From Trichoplax sp. H2 (Eukaryota): a stretch of DNA of 64,000 nucleotides. Within the stretch, counting starts at the first letter, position 1. Every line of letters begins with the position of its first letter. The notes under the pieces were generated by a model. The model ran no database searches and was not told the DNA's origin. It saw nothing but the letters and a program-made list of their open reading frames with translations. A program made the translations under genes and the position numbers. Location of the stretch: the NCBI GenBank assembly GCA_003344405.1, contig NOWV01000190.1:62001-126000 (forward strand). The letters run 5' to 3'. Of the stretch, positions 1 to 14,200 are shown piece after piece.

Positions 1-1
1 C

Positions 2-2513
2 ATCCAGCAGATTTTAGATAATACGGATATTAAATTGATTATTGGCGATCGTAGCTTCTTATGCCATCATCGAGTCGTTTTAGCTGCACATAGTGAATAT
101 TTGTGTACTATGTTTACTAGTAATTTTAAGGAAAAGGACGAAGCAAAAATTAACGTAATTAAGACTGATTATAGCATTGTATCGATCGTTATTAAATAAA
201 TTTATGGTTATATGCTAAAGTTAACATTAATGAAATTATCGCGAGTTCAGGCAGTCTATACGCTAGCACTAAAATAGGCTATCAAGAAATTGCAGGAGCA
301 ATGCCATTGCTACTATATCACAATCTTAAACGCTAAAAATTGCTGTCAATTAGCAGCTTTTGCTGATTACTATCATGCACAAGATTCACAGCATGAAATT
401 CTAGCTTAAGTCACTGACAATTTCTTTAGATGTATCAAGACTAAATCACTTAAGGATCTCTCCTATAATTTACTTGTTAAATTAATACAATGTGAGTATC
501 TTAATATTACTAATGAAGATCAGATACTTAAATCTCTCAATATTTGGATAGATTCAGATACATCCATGTGAGGTTGATAGATCAAGAATCTTTAAAACTT
601 TAGAAAATTAAGATTATATTGAACAAAACCTCCTTTACAAAGATACAACGTAATCGATTAGCTGAGGATCTCTAACGAGAAAGAACTATCTTACTATATT
701 AAACTACTCGCTTATATACTTTTACGTGTTTACAGTCTTTGCACCTTACTTACTACACACTTCAGTATTAGCATCTCAAATACAGAATAGTTTGCACCTT
801 TCATGTGAAGCTCTAGTGTGAGCACTGTAGCGCTCCTCTTCCAAAGGATTACAGTTACTAAGCTAGCTATATTTAATACTTTAGCTTCTAACGAGAATAT
901 CTATCACATGTTGAACACAGCACCTACGATAAACATTACTAAATATATCATCAACTTAGAATACAATATTACACTGTCTTACAATCCAGTAGGAAAAATT
1001 GATAATATCTCTCTTATGTCATTTGTGTTTAGTATACATTTTGCCGGAATCTTTAATTTCTATAGATGAAAGATATATGAATGAAATTGAAAATTCGCTT
1101 GAATATTTAAATACGATACGACGAGTTCAACATTACCGACAAAATCATGAAAATTATTTCGATAAATCGACGAAGCCACGCACGCACTATGAAAACATCG
1201 ATTTTGTTGGCGTTATATTAGTCCACGTAGCCGATATTAAAGAAGATTGTTATAATTTACACGGTATAGTAAAATGCAATTGCTATCCTCTTTATAGATT
1301 TGTTTCCAGTACTTCAGATAAAGTTAGAGATTTTACATTATTTGAGTGTGTGCGCTTGATCTATGCAGTTGTTTGTGTTGGTCATAAAGTTGTTGTTTTT
1401 GGAGGCATTAATACAGTTAAACTGAAAAAATTAGTCTATCGATAATCTTTGGCCAGTAGAAAATATGGCCATACAATAATAGTATTTGGCGCCGAATTAG
1501 CTGTAACACTTGTCAAATTTCGACATCAAAATTCTAACTCGTATGCACAGATGTCTATATTTATCTACGATATAAATTTAAACCTAAACTATCTGATATT
1601 TTTTTATCAAATAAATCAATTGCAGTTATTATCATACTACCTATGCAACTTAAACCTCCATAAATTATAATTATGAATTAATATAGTGACCTAAAAGTTT
1701 TGACAAATTTTTGTTACTTCTAATCCTTCACTAATGAATGTTCACTGTTTATAGAGAGATTTCAAATTAATTTTAGTTATATCATGTACTCGTATTCAAT
1801 TTTTAGACGTAGAGAAAGAAGTTCTGAATTCAGTAATTGCATTCGATTTCCGAAAAGCTGAAGGGACAGTTCCAGTGTGGGGTTTTGACTTACCACAACC
1901 CTTAGCTTACCTTGCTGCTTGCATTTACAATGGCGAGATATATATTACGGGTGGCTTAAATGAGGATCGTCAATGTTCCAACAAAGTATGGAAACTATGT
2001 AGACAAAGCAAGGCTTAAGAAGAAGTAGTATTACTAAATGCTCCTCGTAAATGCTGCCAAGCTGTTGTTGTTGATAATTATATCTATATTGGCGGCGGTC
2101 TAGATGATAATGAAGAATTAATTACAACATTTGAAAGATATGATCCTATACATAATACTTGGAATTTCGTTTATGACATTACAGCATCAAATCTTTCAAT
2201 ACGTTTGCTTTATGCTCGTAGTATACTACTTATCTACCGCACTCAAAGTTTTCACAAATGCTACATGCAAAGTCTAGATGGGAAATGGTATAAAACTTCC
2301 GATTACAAAATTAGCGAATTTAGTAGGGAAATAAATGATAAAGATTATATAACCGATGGTTATATAGCTATTAAACAAATTACGATTGAATATGGCTTCT
2401 TAATTCCTAGTTGTAAATGGCGGCGCAATATCAAGATATTCGATGCAATTCCCAAAACATCAAGTCGTGCAAAATTTGAGAACCGTAGATTGGCCATCTA
2501 TCCTAGTTTCTAG
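2..2513 (+). pseudogene. BTB-BACK-Kelch (KLHL-like) pseudogene, 5' end outside window
   Basis: Frame 2 from base 2 gives BTB (DIKLIIGDRSFLCHHRVVLAAHSEYLCTMFTSNFKEKDE) and BACK (LNAKNCCQLAAFADYY...LNITNEDQILKSLNIWID) with in-frame stops at 197, 275 and 407. A solo LTR is inserted at 567-983. Downstream are a KPR linker and Kelch blades (AACIYNGEIYITGG; AVVVDNYIYIGGG...FERYDPIHNTW) with further stops and frameshifts. The 3' end is approximate. Confidence 0.85.
567..983 (-). mobile_element. Solo LTR, family A copy 1 (417 bp)
   Basis: Ends TGTGAG...CTTACA (TG...CA). Perfect 5-bp TSD ATCCA (562-566 / 984-988). TATATAA on the minus strand at 712-718. Highly similar to 36026-36440. Confidence 0.9.
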
Positions 2514-3989
2514 TCGCGAATGGCGGTGTAATATCAAGCAAATCGATGCAAATTCCGAGAAAATCAAATTGCAGATCACAATTTAATTTTTCCACTAAAA
2601 GTTAAACATATTTTATAATTTAATAATTATACATATGATCTTATGAATGTGGATAACTGCTGCGATATCTTTAATTATAATAATAAATATCTTTGCTCTT
2701 GTAATTGTCAAAGAAAAACTAATCATGTTCATCGAATTTACTTGATATAGTAACTTTGACTTATTTATATTCGGTGTTGTCACGGTGTGAACCATCGTAA
2801 AGAGTAGATGACTAAATTTAGTGTTTAACATTTATATATGGCGATAACTAATAATGACATACAGTAAGAACAACAGTAAATTATCTCATAAGGTAACTAA
2901 TATTAATTGATTATAGTGTTATGTCTTGTAACGCTTGTGATGAATATGCTGAAGATATTCATCACAATACCAAGATTGGATATTAGATTGAAAAGAAATT
3001 AGGCATTGTAAATAATTTAATGGTTAAAGGTCTAATCAGAATCATTAAATATCAAAAGTTAGAATAATAATATTGCTAACCCAAATATATTATCTGAATC
3101 ATCTACAATTGAACGCAATATTTAAATAATTGCTAGTAAGCGATTAGCCATCTATCTGATCTTATACTAGGAATTTGTCGTTATTTAAGTAATATTTTAT
3201 TATGTCAAATTTAAGGAAATATTATGGTATTGATCTATTGTATTCGTTTTTAAAAGGGCATAACGATTTATTATGATAAATAAATATGAAAGTCGATGAT
3301 CTATGATGAAAATTACTTTATCAACTTGTGACTGCACATTGTGGATGACTGTTACAAGCGAGTTTCGTGACAAGGATAAAGTGAACAAATCTCTAAATTG
3401 CTATAGTCTCCGGGATTCAATACTCCTTGACTACCTCATAAGAATTTAGACGCCTTCGCTTTTACGTTAAACAGTTTTAGAATTCTTATTTTGTTCAGCT
3501 ATCTGCCGAGTTTAAATACCCTTAGGCAGCAGCCATCATGAATGAGTCATCACAGATCATGAAATTTAGTTCATATTGGATAGTAAACTGGTACAGAAAA
3601 TACTCATAATGGTAGACATGAACCGAACGATTTGAGATAATTAGACTACAGCAAGCCCAAATGCAGAATTATATATGATATCATCTATCATTTAATGTCT
3701 TCAAAATATTTATCACAAGCGTTACTTCGTACCTTGACATCAGCACGATAAGAAGTTTTAGCAGTTGAGATACATCAACGGTCATTATAAAAAATTAACT
3801 AGGTTCAGTGAGACAAGTAATAATTGCCATTTAAAAATTTCATTAGAAAATGACAATAGCTTCATGCTCCTAATTTCAGGATAATTATTAGTTTTTGATA
3901 TCTGTAATGTAACTTAGTATTGTGATTGTAGACTGCTAGCCATGTTTAGTATAATGTACGGTAGCGTAACTTCTATATTTATCCTAAGA

Positions 3990-5003
3990 GATATTTGGTA
4001 GCCATAACTATAGACTGTAGTTGTATAGACTCTATGCTAGAGTACAGATGAATATATACAGTAAGGTGTTGAGTTACTAATAAGGCTATAGGTAATAATA
4101 GAACTGTAAATCATATATTAGGATGTGGTTAATTCATTGTACTTTGGCTGAGATAAATAATGCCTACGTAAATACTGTAGTCATAATCATATTGGATTAA
4201 TGATAGTCCACAGTAGAATGGTGTTCCTAAGAATAATTTAACTATATATAAAATAAGGTAAAAGGTTGCCGTGAGGATTGTAGCTGCGAATGCTACGAAA
4301 AGTATAAAAGCATGCAATTTTAGATTATTCAGTTAGTTCGTTGTAGAAGTCTTTAGTAGCAGTATTCGGCTGGAGTAGAGCTGTGTGTAGATAATCTTCG
4401 TATAAGATTCAATAATGTCCTTATTTTTCTAAAATTTGGAATTTCACGATCGGTATATATCACAATATCAAAAGAATTTGCTGATATATAAATTAGTATC
4501 AAGATAGTAATTTGGTTTTAAGACTGTTAAGAACAGAATTTTCGATATCTTTTGACGACAATAGCCCCTCATACTTTCTTATTAATTAAGTGATGCGAAT
4601 TATTCTAAATAAAGTTTAGCTGAGTGATTGGCTTGTACCTGCATTTTAGACTGGTTTGTAATGGCTGAGTAATAGTCTGCTGCTATTAATGTAGGTTCAC
4701 TTACGTTATACAAAAATTGAATTAACAAAATTGAGTAATTTTCTAATATGACACGCAAAGGTCAGCACCCAAAAATAGACTTTAATGACAACCTTTATTA
4801 TTGCATCTGATTGTGGAAGAAAATTTCAAATTTTTCTTCTCATAAGAACAGTAGAAAACGACTAAAATGAGCCGAGTAATTATTCTATACTTAGATAAAT
4901 TTGCACATAATTCAATTCGCTTCTTTGTAAAGTATGCCTATAAATGCTTCTATTCTAGTAGCCATACTAATTCGAGATTGTAAATGCTCGATTTAATACC
5001 TTA
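3990..5003 (-). pseudogene. Decayed rhodopsin-class GPCR relic
   Basis: Minus-strand fragments occur in GPCR order: ANLS (TM2-like), FLGADLC (ECL1-TM3), LIAADYYSAITN (DRY region), and the hydrophobic ORF 4129-4317 (TM6-like). Many stops and frameshifts; boundaries approximate. Confidence 0.45.
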
Positions 5004-5008
5004 CTAAG

Positions 5009-5425
5009 TGTAGTGCAGCCCAAATATAGCTTAAGATTATATACAGTATGTGTGAATATCGTGCATGACGTAATTACTAGGCTAATTAAGATAGATACCC
5101 TTGTATAGGTGCTAGATCGTAGAGTGAGATTAAATATGTGAGGATTTGTATTAGTAATTGCAATACGGATTGTAAAAGTTATTAGTCATACTGCTTGGCA
5201 CCTCCAGGTACGCTAGAGGTGTGATGTTAGCCTTATTAAGGTAGATAATGATTTATGTGTCACGAAGATACTCTGTACACAATTGTATATAAGCAGGAGA
5301 TTTTATCGCCGAAGACAGAGTAGCCATAGATAATCTAGTCCTTGGTAGAAGACGTAATTATTGTAATAAAGTGATTTTCCTTCAAGTTGTGGAAGTCTTT
5401 GCGTTTCGATAGACACTTTATTACA
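5009..5425 (+). mobile_element. Solo LTR, family B copy 1 (417 bp)
   Basis: Ends TGTAGTG...ATTACA. Perfect TSD CTAAG (5004-5008 / 5426-5430). TATATAA at 5286-5292 and AATAAA at 5365-5370. Confidence 0.85.
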
Positions 5426-5739
5426 CTAAGATAAGCCTGATAATGATACCTTAACTCTTATACGGAAGACAATTTAGGTATGTTATATTTGGCTATCAGA
5501 TGCGTTTTTAACTGGAGAATCTCAATTTTATACTGGAAAGAGTTTAAATGTGCCGTCTCATTCTACTAGCCACCTGATGTACTACTACAATCTGCTGCAT
5601 TCATTACATGGCTTAAACTTAGTTATAATAGCTGTTAGTCAATAACAACCATTTACGTTGACCAAATAGCTACTTTTAGAATAAAAGTTTGACTAGTAAG
5701 GATACTATCGACACATAAACAAGCCGTAAAAGGATAATT

Positions 5740-6400
5740 CAAATTCAAAGCAAGCTATCAGATAGACTTGCTAAACCAAAGGGGGAAAGAACATCTATTT
5801 CATTTATGCACACATTATAGCTTATTTAGCAGACTTGTCATGACAGTATTACAACAATTAAATTTATTTGTCCTGAAATAGAAGAGAGTTGAAGTACTAT
5901 AATTTTATATTCGCATGCTGATTTTATAACTGCATTGATTAATCATGATTTAGTACTTTTGAGCTAAAAGAGTAAATATTTCAAAATTAAATCAAATGCT
6001 GCCGTAAGTCATTTTCCCATTTATTCAAAAGGGAAAATTACAATATTGCATAAGAGTATTTGAAGTGGCATTAAACTGAGCTAACGTAGCTAGAAATTAA
6101 TGTGAAAGCCTTCATGCTGACTAAAATATGTTTAAAGGATAATAAAATAAACTGGGAACGATAATATCAGCTTAGAAATAAGCAGGGAAAGAATGATTCT
6201 GATTTACGTGTACAACAAGCTACCGTAAAGATTTACTAGATCAAAGGCAAGAAAAGAAGACCTATTTCATTTCGGACTTTACAACAATTTTATCTATTTT
6301 CGCTGAAGTATATGAGAACTAAAGGACTACAATTTCATATTCTACTACACAGCTACGCACATTGATTTATGACGATATTGCTTCATAAATTATAGTATAG
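5740..6400. repeat. Old diverged tandem duplication, period ~470 bp
   Basis: Colinear matching blocks, e.g. agacttgctaaaccaaagg..ctatttcatt..ctataattttatattc (~5764-5912) vs agatttactagatcaaagg..ctatttcatt..ctacaatttcatattc (~6230-6342). Confidence 0.5.
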
Positions 6401-7516
6401 TGCTAGTTGTGCTCAGAAAATTAACACCTGAAAAATAAATTAAATGTCACCTTATGTCTGACTTCTATTATTCCAAATGAAAGAATAATAATATCGTATT
6501 TTATTAAGCGAAATAAAGAATAAAAGTCGAATCATGCTGACTCAATGGATAAATATGCAATTATTAAGGCAAGATCTTTTACTATATCTACAATAAAGTC
6601 TAATAGACTTTGAGAATATATATTAATTGATCATACGAAAATGGCTATAATTGCCGTATTTAAGTGCATTGGAGAAGTTTTCTAGAAGAGCTTGCGAATA
6701 ATAATTAATCAAAGGTGGCAGTATCACTTTCTAATGACTTTTAGATATAAATAACTTCCATTGCTCTTCTTTCTAAGACAGCTACATTACAGTAATAAAA
6801 TAAAGTTCAGATATTTTTCATGAATATTGTAATGGATACGTACGTTAGCACGTAAGTGTGACAGAGTTTTAGATTGCCATTGCTTGCTGTTGAGGAAGTT
6901 AACTTAGCTTCTTGCATGAGTTTTTTTGACAATTGTCGCTCTATCTATTGCCATTCCCAAGGGTCACAAATACATTCGTCATAAAGACGCAATCATATTC
7001 ATAAGAATTTGTATACTTCGGTGTAATGTCAGCTTGAAAATTTTCGTATTGTAAAGTTAAATTTTTGTGATTAAGCATTGTTATTCCGAATTAATAAGCC
7101 AGACATGATTAAATTATGAACAGAGTGTCCCATAATAAAGTAATAGCAAACCAAGACACTTTAACAACATATTATGATAATCAATCAAGCATAAAATTTA
7201 AGATTTATTAAGAATTTCCCTACTATTAGCCTCTTTATGCTGCTAGGTGATGTTTTAATTTCACTTGAAATAATCAGCATTAATTTATCTATATAAGTTC
7301 TGCTATTAAAATATTTTACATATTTTATGGAAGCTACCCGTTTAGTGTTCGATAATCAGGCCTAAAATTTAGTTACTAGTATGTTGTGCAGAGAATTGGC
7401 TAGGGTGCGTGGCGTATATGGTTTACCACAAGTATTTCATAAAGATTTTAGCCTGTTGGTATCATTTGGCCGATGCCAAGGATCTTCGGCATATTATCAC
7501 TTGTATTATAAAAGTT

Positions 7517-7623
7517 TTACTGTTACCATCATTATAATCCGTCATTTTACAAAAGCTAGGCATGTCATATTTGTCTAGCATGATGTAAAATGACAGATTT
7601 TCCAGTAATCATGGTAACAGTAA
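7517..7623. repeat. Long imperfect inverted repeat (foldback / MITE-like hairpin)
   Basis: Nested stems: TTACTGTTACCAT 7517-7529 with ATGGTAACAGTAA 7611-7623; GTCATTTTACA 7541-7551 with TGTAAAATGAC 7584-7594; GCTAGGCA 7555-7562 with TGTCTAGC 7572-7579. Confidence 0.75.
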
Positions 7624-8256
7624 TTTTAACTCGTGATTGATATTTGCACCATTCATGTATAGTCAATTTAATCCTCAAAGCCTTAAAAAGAAGCAGTCAC
7701 TGAAATAATATAGAAACACTACTTTTAAATAAATTTTAAGTAGGATTGGTGCTAATACAAAATTGAAGACAAAATATCTTTCCTCCATTGACTGTTAAAT
7801 AAATTTTTTGTAAGCTAATACGGGTTGATGTATCCTAAATCTCATAGAAACATTACATCGATTTTAGTTTATTATAACTTCACTACAGTAATAGTTTGTG
7901 AATATATAACATGAATCGACTAAGCCATAAATTCCGTCTAAAATTTAAACAACATTTTCACAAACTAACAATTTTGATTCAGATTTACAGTAGAAGGAGT
8001 TCACCTTTTTATTGTATTAGGACTAAAAAATACCCTACACATAATGTTAATATAATCGAATAAAATTAGATGCGTCTCAGTTTAATCATTTTGAATCAGT
8101 GCTGAAAAGCTACAGCTAATTCTGTACGTATTGATACTAATGTCAAACAATTAAATCAGATTGAAATTAGATTTTTAAAAGCCAAACTTTATTACAACTT
8201 GTTCTTACTATTCAATGAACAATCTGTTAACTTTATATTAATTCCGCAGAACTAAT

Positions 8257-8956
8257 CAATCTGGTACTAGCTATTCCTGATTTCAAGGATTTGAATCATC
8301 TAGTTGGTATAAGACAATTGCTATTTAACTTAATAAGATTTGTATAATTTCTAGAAAGAAGCAATTATTAAACATCATAAACGATGATAGCAGAATTGAT
8401 AGCTGCATCATAAATTTCAAATAAGTTCTAATTGTGAATCATTTTAGGCTTTCATAAATTTCAGAGCAATAAATTATTGATCATACAATAATTTCGTAAA
8501 TTTTTGCTATAAATTAGTAANNNNNNNNNNNNNNNNNNNNAACGTAAAATACGAGGCGTTTAAGTCTTTGTGTAGTCTGCTAGTAGAGCAAAAGTGTTTG
8601 TGATAGTGCAGATATCGTTCCTTGATACGTGGTTCAAGGAATTGACTTATTGATCGTATATTGCGTTATCTTGTTGCAAAGCTGTTTTGTGACAATCTGG
8701 TACTAGCTATTCCTAATATTAAGGATTTGAATCATCTATTTGGTATAAGACAATTGCTATTTAACTTAATAAGATTTGTATAATTTCTAGAAAGAAGCAA
8801 TTATTAAACATCACAAACGATGATAGCAGAATTGATAGCAGCATCATAAATTTCAATTAAGTTCTAATTGTGAATCATTTTAGGCTTTCTTAAATTTCAG
8901 AGTAATAAATTATTGATCATACAATAATTTCGTAAATTTTTGCTATAAATTAGTAA
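8257..8956. repeat. 264-bp near-identical direct repeat flanking an assembly gap
   Basis: 8257-8520 matches 8693-8956 with a few substitutions; the N gap at 8521-8540 directly follows copy 1. Confidence 0.85.
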
Positions 8957-10207
8957 ATAACGTATATGATGCCAAAGAACGCATCTATAATTCAAATATT
9001 TCAATCAGTAGCTCATAGCTATCTATCAATTTGGGCAATGGTAAAGAGTAAGTTTTAGGAAGTTACTTGCTAGGTCATAAATATTGAATAAATAACGTAA
9101 GACCGATAGAGGAGTGTCATAAAAGTAATCTTCGTGACGTATACTTTATTTTTATATTACATTCTATATATGTTTATATCTTAGAATGTTTAACGGCCTC
9201 CTTAATTGTAATTTTAGTGGTAACAGTTGATATCCTTAATTTAGGACAACATAAACTAAAATAGTAATTGCCAACCAGCTAAACTGGATAATATCTATCA
9301 CCTTCAAGGTTGCTAGGGTTCAAAGTACAATTCCTAAGTTTAGAGGAAATACATTGGTAGGATAGCTTCATCTGTATCTGTTAAGCTATTAATAAGCATT
9401 GATTATTTTAATACTGTTAAAGTAAATTTAATAGGATTGGACTGTATCTAATCGGTACAGATAGAATCTCTTAAGAGTGTTAATTTGGTTAATTTCTAGT
9501 AGACAAGGTGACTTGTGTAGCTAAACCGGTTTTAAGTCCGAAACCTATATAAACGGTGAGTTCGCTAACAATATATTAGACTGTGATTTTCTAGCAAGTC
9601 TTGATTGTCTCCCTGTGTTAATCCTTTCTGTCTTTAGGGCTATTCCTAGCTCGCAACAGAGGAGACACAAATTATTAAGACGACTTTCAATATCTATTGG
9701 ATTTATTGCAAATTATTACATCCGACATTTGCTTCAGTTTGCTAAAAGTAAATTAGATCCATTTTAATGCCATTTAATTCTGCAAATATCTATGGTAAAG
9801 TCATTTTTTAATGAATTAATAGAGCCTAATGCGCTTAAGATTTTTCAAGAACCAGATAAATTGATTCAATGACATTTAAATGACAAAATATCGGTAAAAG
9901 TGTTGTTTTTGGTGGATTGAAACCACTTGATTCTCTTATACGCTTGTATAGAGTAAATATATTGATTTTTATGCCCTTAAAATCAAACAATCATCGATGG
10001 TAAAATTGGTCTTGGTGGATTGATAGTAATCGATACTCGTATACGTTTATAGCAAGTAAATCGTTTCATTTTAATGCAATTAATGTCATTTAAAAGAATA
10101 ATTATCGATGATAAAGTTGTTTCAAGGATCAGTATAATCCAATTTTCTGAAGACCTCTTTGAAGTGAGATTAATAGACTTGTATTTTATAGAGATTCATA
10201 TAGCAAA

Positions 10208-11245
10208 CTATTTTCTGGAAGTAGAGTTCGTTTTCTTACTTTCAGGCCAAACTTTTCGCTGACAGATCGGCATCCCTATCGATTTTAACAAAGTTTTCAT
10301 TTCTTTTCGAAAGCCAATATTGGCAATATTATATAAGAGTGGATTAAGAATACAAGGCAGTATCAGTAAAATGATAAATGACTGAAATAGCGACCAAAAT
10401 TGATGTGGAAGAGTTTTATGCAGTTGAGGATTGAGAAGTTTACTGTATGTAATCCATAGGAAAAGTATTGAAAAAGGGCAAAAGGACAAGGCGGACAAGA
10501 CAGTCATAACCAATAATGTTACTATGCAAGCATTTTTTTTATGCTCAATTCTTGCCATGTGAATTTTGTAGTCTGATTCGTCCATTGGAATGGTTTTCCG
10601 ACATAATTTGATTGCAATGGTAACATAACAGCAAATGATGATCACGATTGGGATAAAAATAGACACTGTGGCATAAATTGTAGTAAAAATGGCATTGCGA
10701 ACAGTTCCTCTCGAGGAAAATGCTCCAGTACAATCCAAAACTTCGTAGGCGGTATAATCACGTCCAACGACTAAAATTAGTGCTGTAGTCACTGATATAG
10801 TCCAGATTGCCGGGAAAAAGAGCTTTATATGTTGTTTACTTAACGGTGATTTAAGTGGATAAATAATAGCTCGATATCGTTCGATTCCAATCATGGCTAA
10901 GGTTAGCATTGAGCTAGATACCCCTAATACACCAGTAAATGCAAATATATTGCATATCAAGGTTATGGTAGTAAAAGACAGATTGGAATAAAATTGTGGA
11001 TTGCTAACAACAACCGCTGGATAGGTAAATTTAAAGCTAAGTAATATGCAGTGTATCATATCTGATATAGCCAAGTTAGCGATCAAACGATTTATTGGTT
11101 GTCGCAGATTCTTTCTAGTGAAAATGGTTACACACAGTGTTATGTTAAGAATCAAACCGAGTATGCTCAGGCTAATAACCACAACTGAAAGTCGAAAATC
11201 GAACCAACTAGTTAGTGTTTTATTTCTAAACACAGAATGATTCAT
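10208..11245 (-). CDS. Rhodopsin-class (class A) orphan GPCR, 345 aa, single coding exon
   Basis: Seven hydrophobic segments; TM1 GLILN, TM2 NLAISD, TM3 C...IERY, TM4 W, TM5 P..I...Y, TM7 NPLLY, helix-8 FRKE. Confidence 0.93.
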   Translation of the reverse strand: MNHSVFRNKTLTSWFDFRLSVVVISLSILGLILNITLCVTIFTRKNLRQPINRLIANLAISDMIHCILLSFKFTYPAVVVSNPQFYSNLSFTTITLICNIFAFTGVLGVSSSMLTLAMIGIERYRAIIYPLKSPLSKQHIKLFFPAIWTISVTTALILVVGRDYTAYEVLDCTGAFSSRGTVRNAIFTTIYATVSIFIPIVIIICCYVTIAIKLCRKTIPMDESDYKIHMARIEHKKNACIVTLLVMTVLSALSFCPFSILFLWITYSKLLNPQLHKTLPHQFWSLFQSFIILLILPCILNPLLYNIANIGFRKEMKTLLKSIGMPICQRKVWPESKKTNSTSRK

Positions 11246-14200
11246 TTTGAACTAAATACGTGAACTGCTTCAAGCTACCTACAGATAGACCGAAAATTGC
11301 AATGAGAAGGAAAATATCATACAATAAGATGGCAAAATCTTGAAATAGGTTTTACTAGACTCAATGCATTACAAGAGATTTACTTCCAAATTGAATGAAC
11401 GTCAAAGTACATAAATGAACTTACCGTTGATGACAAAATTATAATTGCGGCTTTGTGAATCAGTAATGATTCAATCAGATTTTGCAAGAGTTGATATCAG
11501 CAATGTAATAAGTGATAGAGAGTAAACTGATGAGTTTGTCGATGTTTACTAATCTGTAATGTCAAATCACCAGTTAGATAAACAAATTAAAATGACTGAA
11601 AAATTCATAAATTTTATATATGCTGCACCACTATTAACTTTATTTGTAAGGAAAAGGGAGTCTTTCAGCAAGCCAATACACACTCTTAATTTTAAATCTT
11701 TAATTTAGATACTTAAATAAACCTTCATAGTGAGTGATTTCTGACGAAGAATAAATGGATACCTGCTTCATAATTTCATAGCATTACTTTGAATGAATAA
11801 AGCGAATGTTAATAGACACGGTACTTATGAAATCTTTGCGATAATTTAGCAACCTTAAAAAAGGATCAGCTAAAGTTTTCTTTCAAATTTATTCTTAAAG
11901 TGGAAAAGAAAAAAGCATTTATCTTTGGAAGGATCTTTATTTCCATCACAGTATACACTTTGTACTGCTATAAAGATCCAAATCTGCCGAATAGACAATG
12001 TAATTAATTATTTTGTTCTAGCAAACGATAATTAAAAACTGCTGACTAACTAATTGATTAATTTACTAGATTCTTTCTGTCTTCTTGTCAACATATCTTT
12101 TACTATTGGAACCCTAAATTGCTAATAAATACAATATTCATGTCAGTAGTTGTCGTATACAATTACTCATTAACTTGAGACATTGGCATCAACAGTGTAT
12201 AATTTCTTTATTACAAGTAAAAATATTTCTTAATGAGACCTGCAACTATAATAAAACAATTACTTTTATAAGATCTCATGATTACTCGTATAATTTATTT
12301 ATTTGTTGTAACAAAGCGGAGTTCTCTTTACGTAACTGCAGTTAATAATGTAAACTAAAAATAGGAACCGAATTAGCTAATCAATAAAAATTTTGGTAAT
12401 TTATTTCAATAGATCATTATCTTCAATTGCTTCACCAATTGCTGTTTGTGCTGATATATTTTGAATAGAAGACAAACCGTAGATCACGACCAAGAATAAA
12501 TTAACCTTCTGTTTGGTAATAGATATTCGATGTAAAATTGTTTTAACATTATTTGTTTTGAAAGAGTTGACTTGTTCGTTAAAATAGTGACAGTTTTATG
12601 CAGGCATGTACGAATATTCGTTGAGAACTTTTTTAAATTATTAAGAAAAACTCTATTTCGATTAAATGAAAATGTGGACTACTGTAGATTTCATAACGCA
12701 GAACAATGATAACCTATACAATTTAGTAAGTTGTTATTATAAATTAATGACACATAAATAACTCTCTTCGTATTTTTATTTTATTAATACATTCATGTAT
12801 AGATTATCATATACTATAGTAAATAAAAAATGCAGATGAGAATGAAGTTGATCATTATAAATCAGCTATGCCTTGCGAGATGAATTTTTTCGTTATATTC
12901 AATAAAATTACCAGAAAAAACTGGGACTGAAGGCTAGAAGTTCCAGTTAAGCATATTCATTAAACCTACACTGTTATGAATATAATTCAAAATTTATATA
13001 AAATTTAAGCAAAAGAACACTATTTTAGAGATCAACTTTTATCTAGAATTTATAATTATATCTAGGGCATGGAAGATTTAAGAATACTAAAGTAGATACT
13101 TTCTTAACGCCTACATACATTTTATCAAACTGGAAATCGGAATTATCCTTAGTCCATTTCATAGAAGTTTTTATTTCTAACAAATGTCTCATTTAATTAA
13201 AGACATAGATGATTAAACACAACCTTTTGCATTTAAAGCTACGTGTATATAGTTATTAACTGTTAACATTATTATATATATATGAATACATCGGTTGTGT
13301 CTCATAAAGCTGTTTAAGATATTAAACCTTCTATTATGATCTAACTGAATGATCATAGGCTAGCCCTTTTCTCTGGAATGAACGACTAATAGGCCATGAT
13401 AAGATTTTTCACTATAAATCTAATATTAACATCAGCAAATAATCATGTTTTTCTAGCATTTAATAAAATGTTGGTCAAAATTGGAAGACTAATCAATTCT
13501 TAACTTAAAAATCCTGAGATGATGAATGTCCAATATATTCTTGCAGTAAATTTTAGTAATTAGCTTAACTACTGCGGTTAAGACTCCTAACAAATAATGA
13601 AACCAACTTTTTTTAGAAATCTAAGGATGAAATTACATAGTTAATTTCGTACCTAAGAGATTAAAAATTTTACTCCGTTATTTATTAAAAGCTGTAGAAT
13701 AACCAATTAAAATGGAAAACTATAGTGATATTACGAAGTAATTTATATCATTTATTTTTACTCAGTTTTAATTGCTTATGGTATCTACGATGATTATAAA
13801 TATAAATAGTAATTACAGTCACGGTCCTTAGGATTACGGTAGAAGTAATATTAATGATCAAGTCTTATACTTGCGGTTAATCTTGAGTTAAATATATTTT
13901 CTAACGTAATATTATAGCTCTATTACTTAAACGAAATATGATATTTCTGTAATTTGCTTAAATCAGCTTGACAATAACTAAAGTAATTACCAATCAGCAG
14001 AAGAAATGACACTATTAGTAGTTTTGAACGTTCCATTTTGACAATATTGGAAAGGGTCGATCTTAATCTTCATCATACTACCGTTACTATACTTTTCCGA
14101 CGGAAATATTATACTGGAAATGTTATTGCAAGACTTTCTTGTATTGTATCTAATACTACAGTTGATTGATCTATGCTGATTTATCCTATATCTAAAACCG

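Noticed and set aside
818-1069. 83-aa ORF
   Set aside because: Lies mostly inside the solo LTR and crosses its boundary; spurious.
8257-8956. Biologically meaningful direct repeat
   Set aside because: Abuts an N gap, so it cannot be distinguished from two haplotypes assembled in tandem; no TE termini seen.
9200-9720. Another solo LTR (TATATAA near 9545, ATTACA at 9720, small hairpin 9607-9667)
   Set aside because: No matching TG start with TSD and no AATAAA found.
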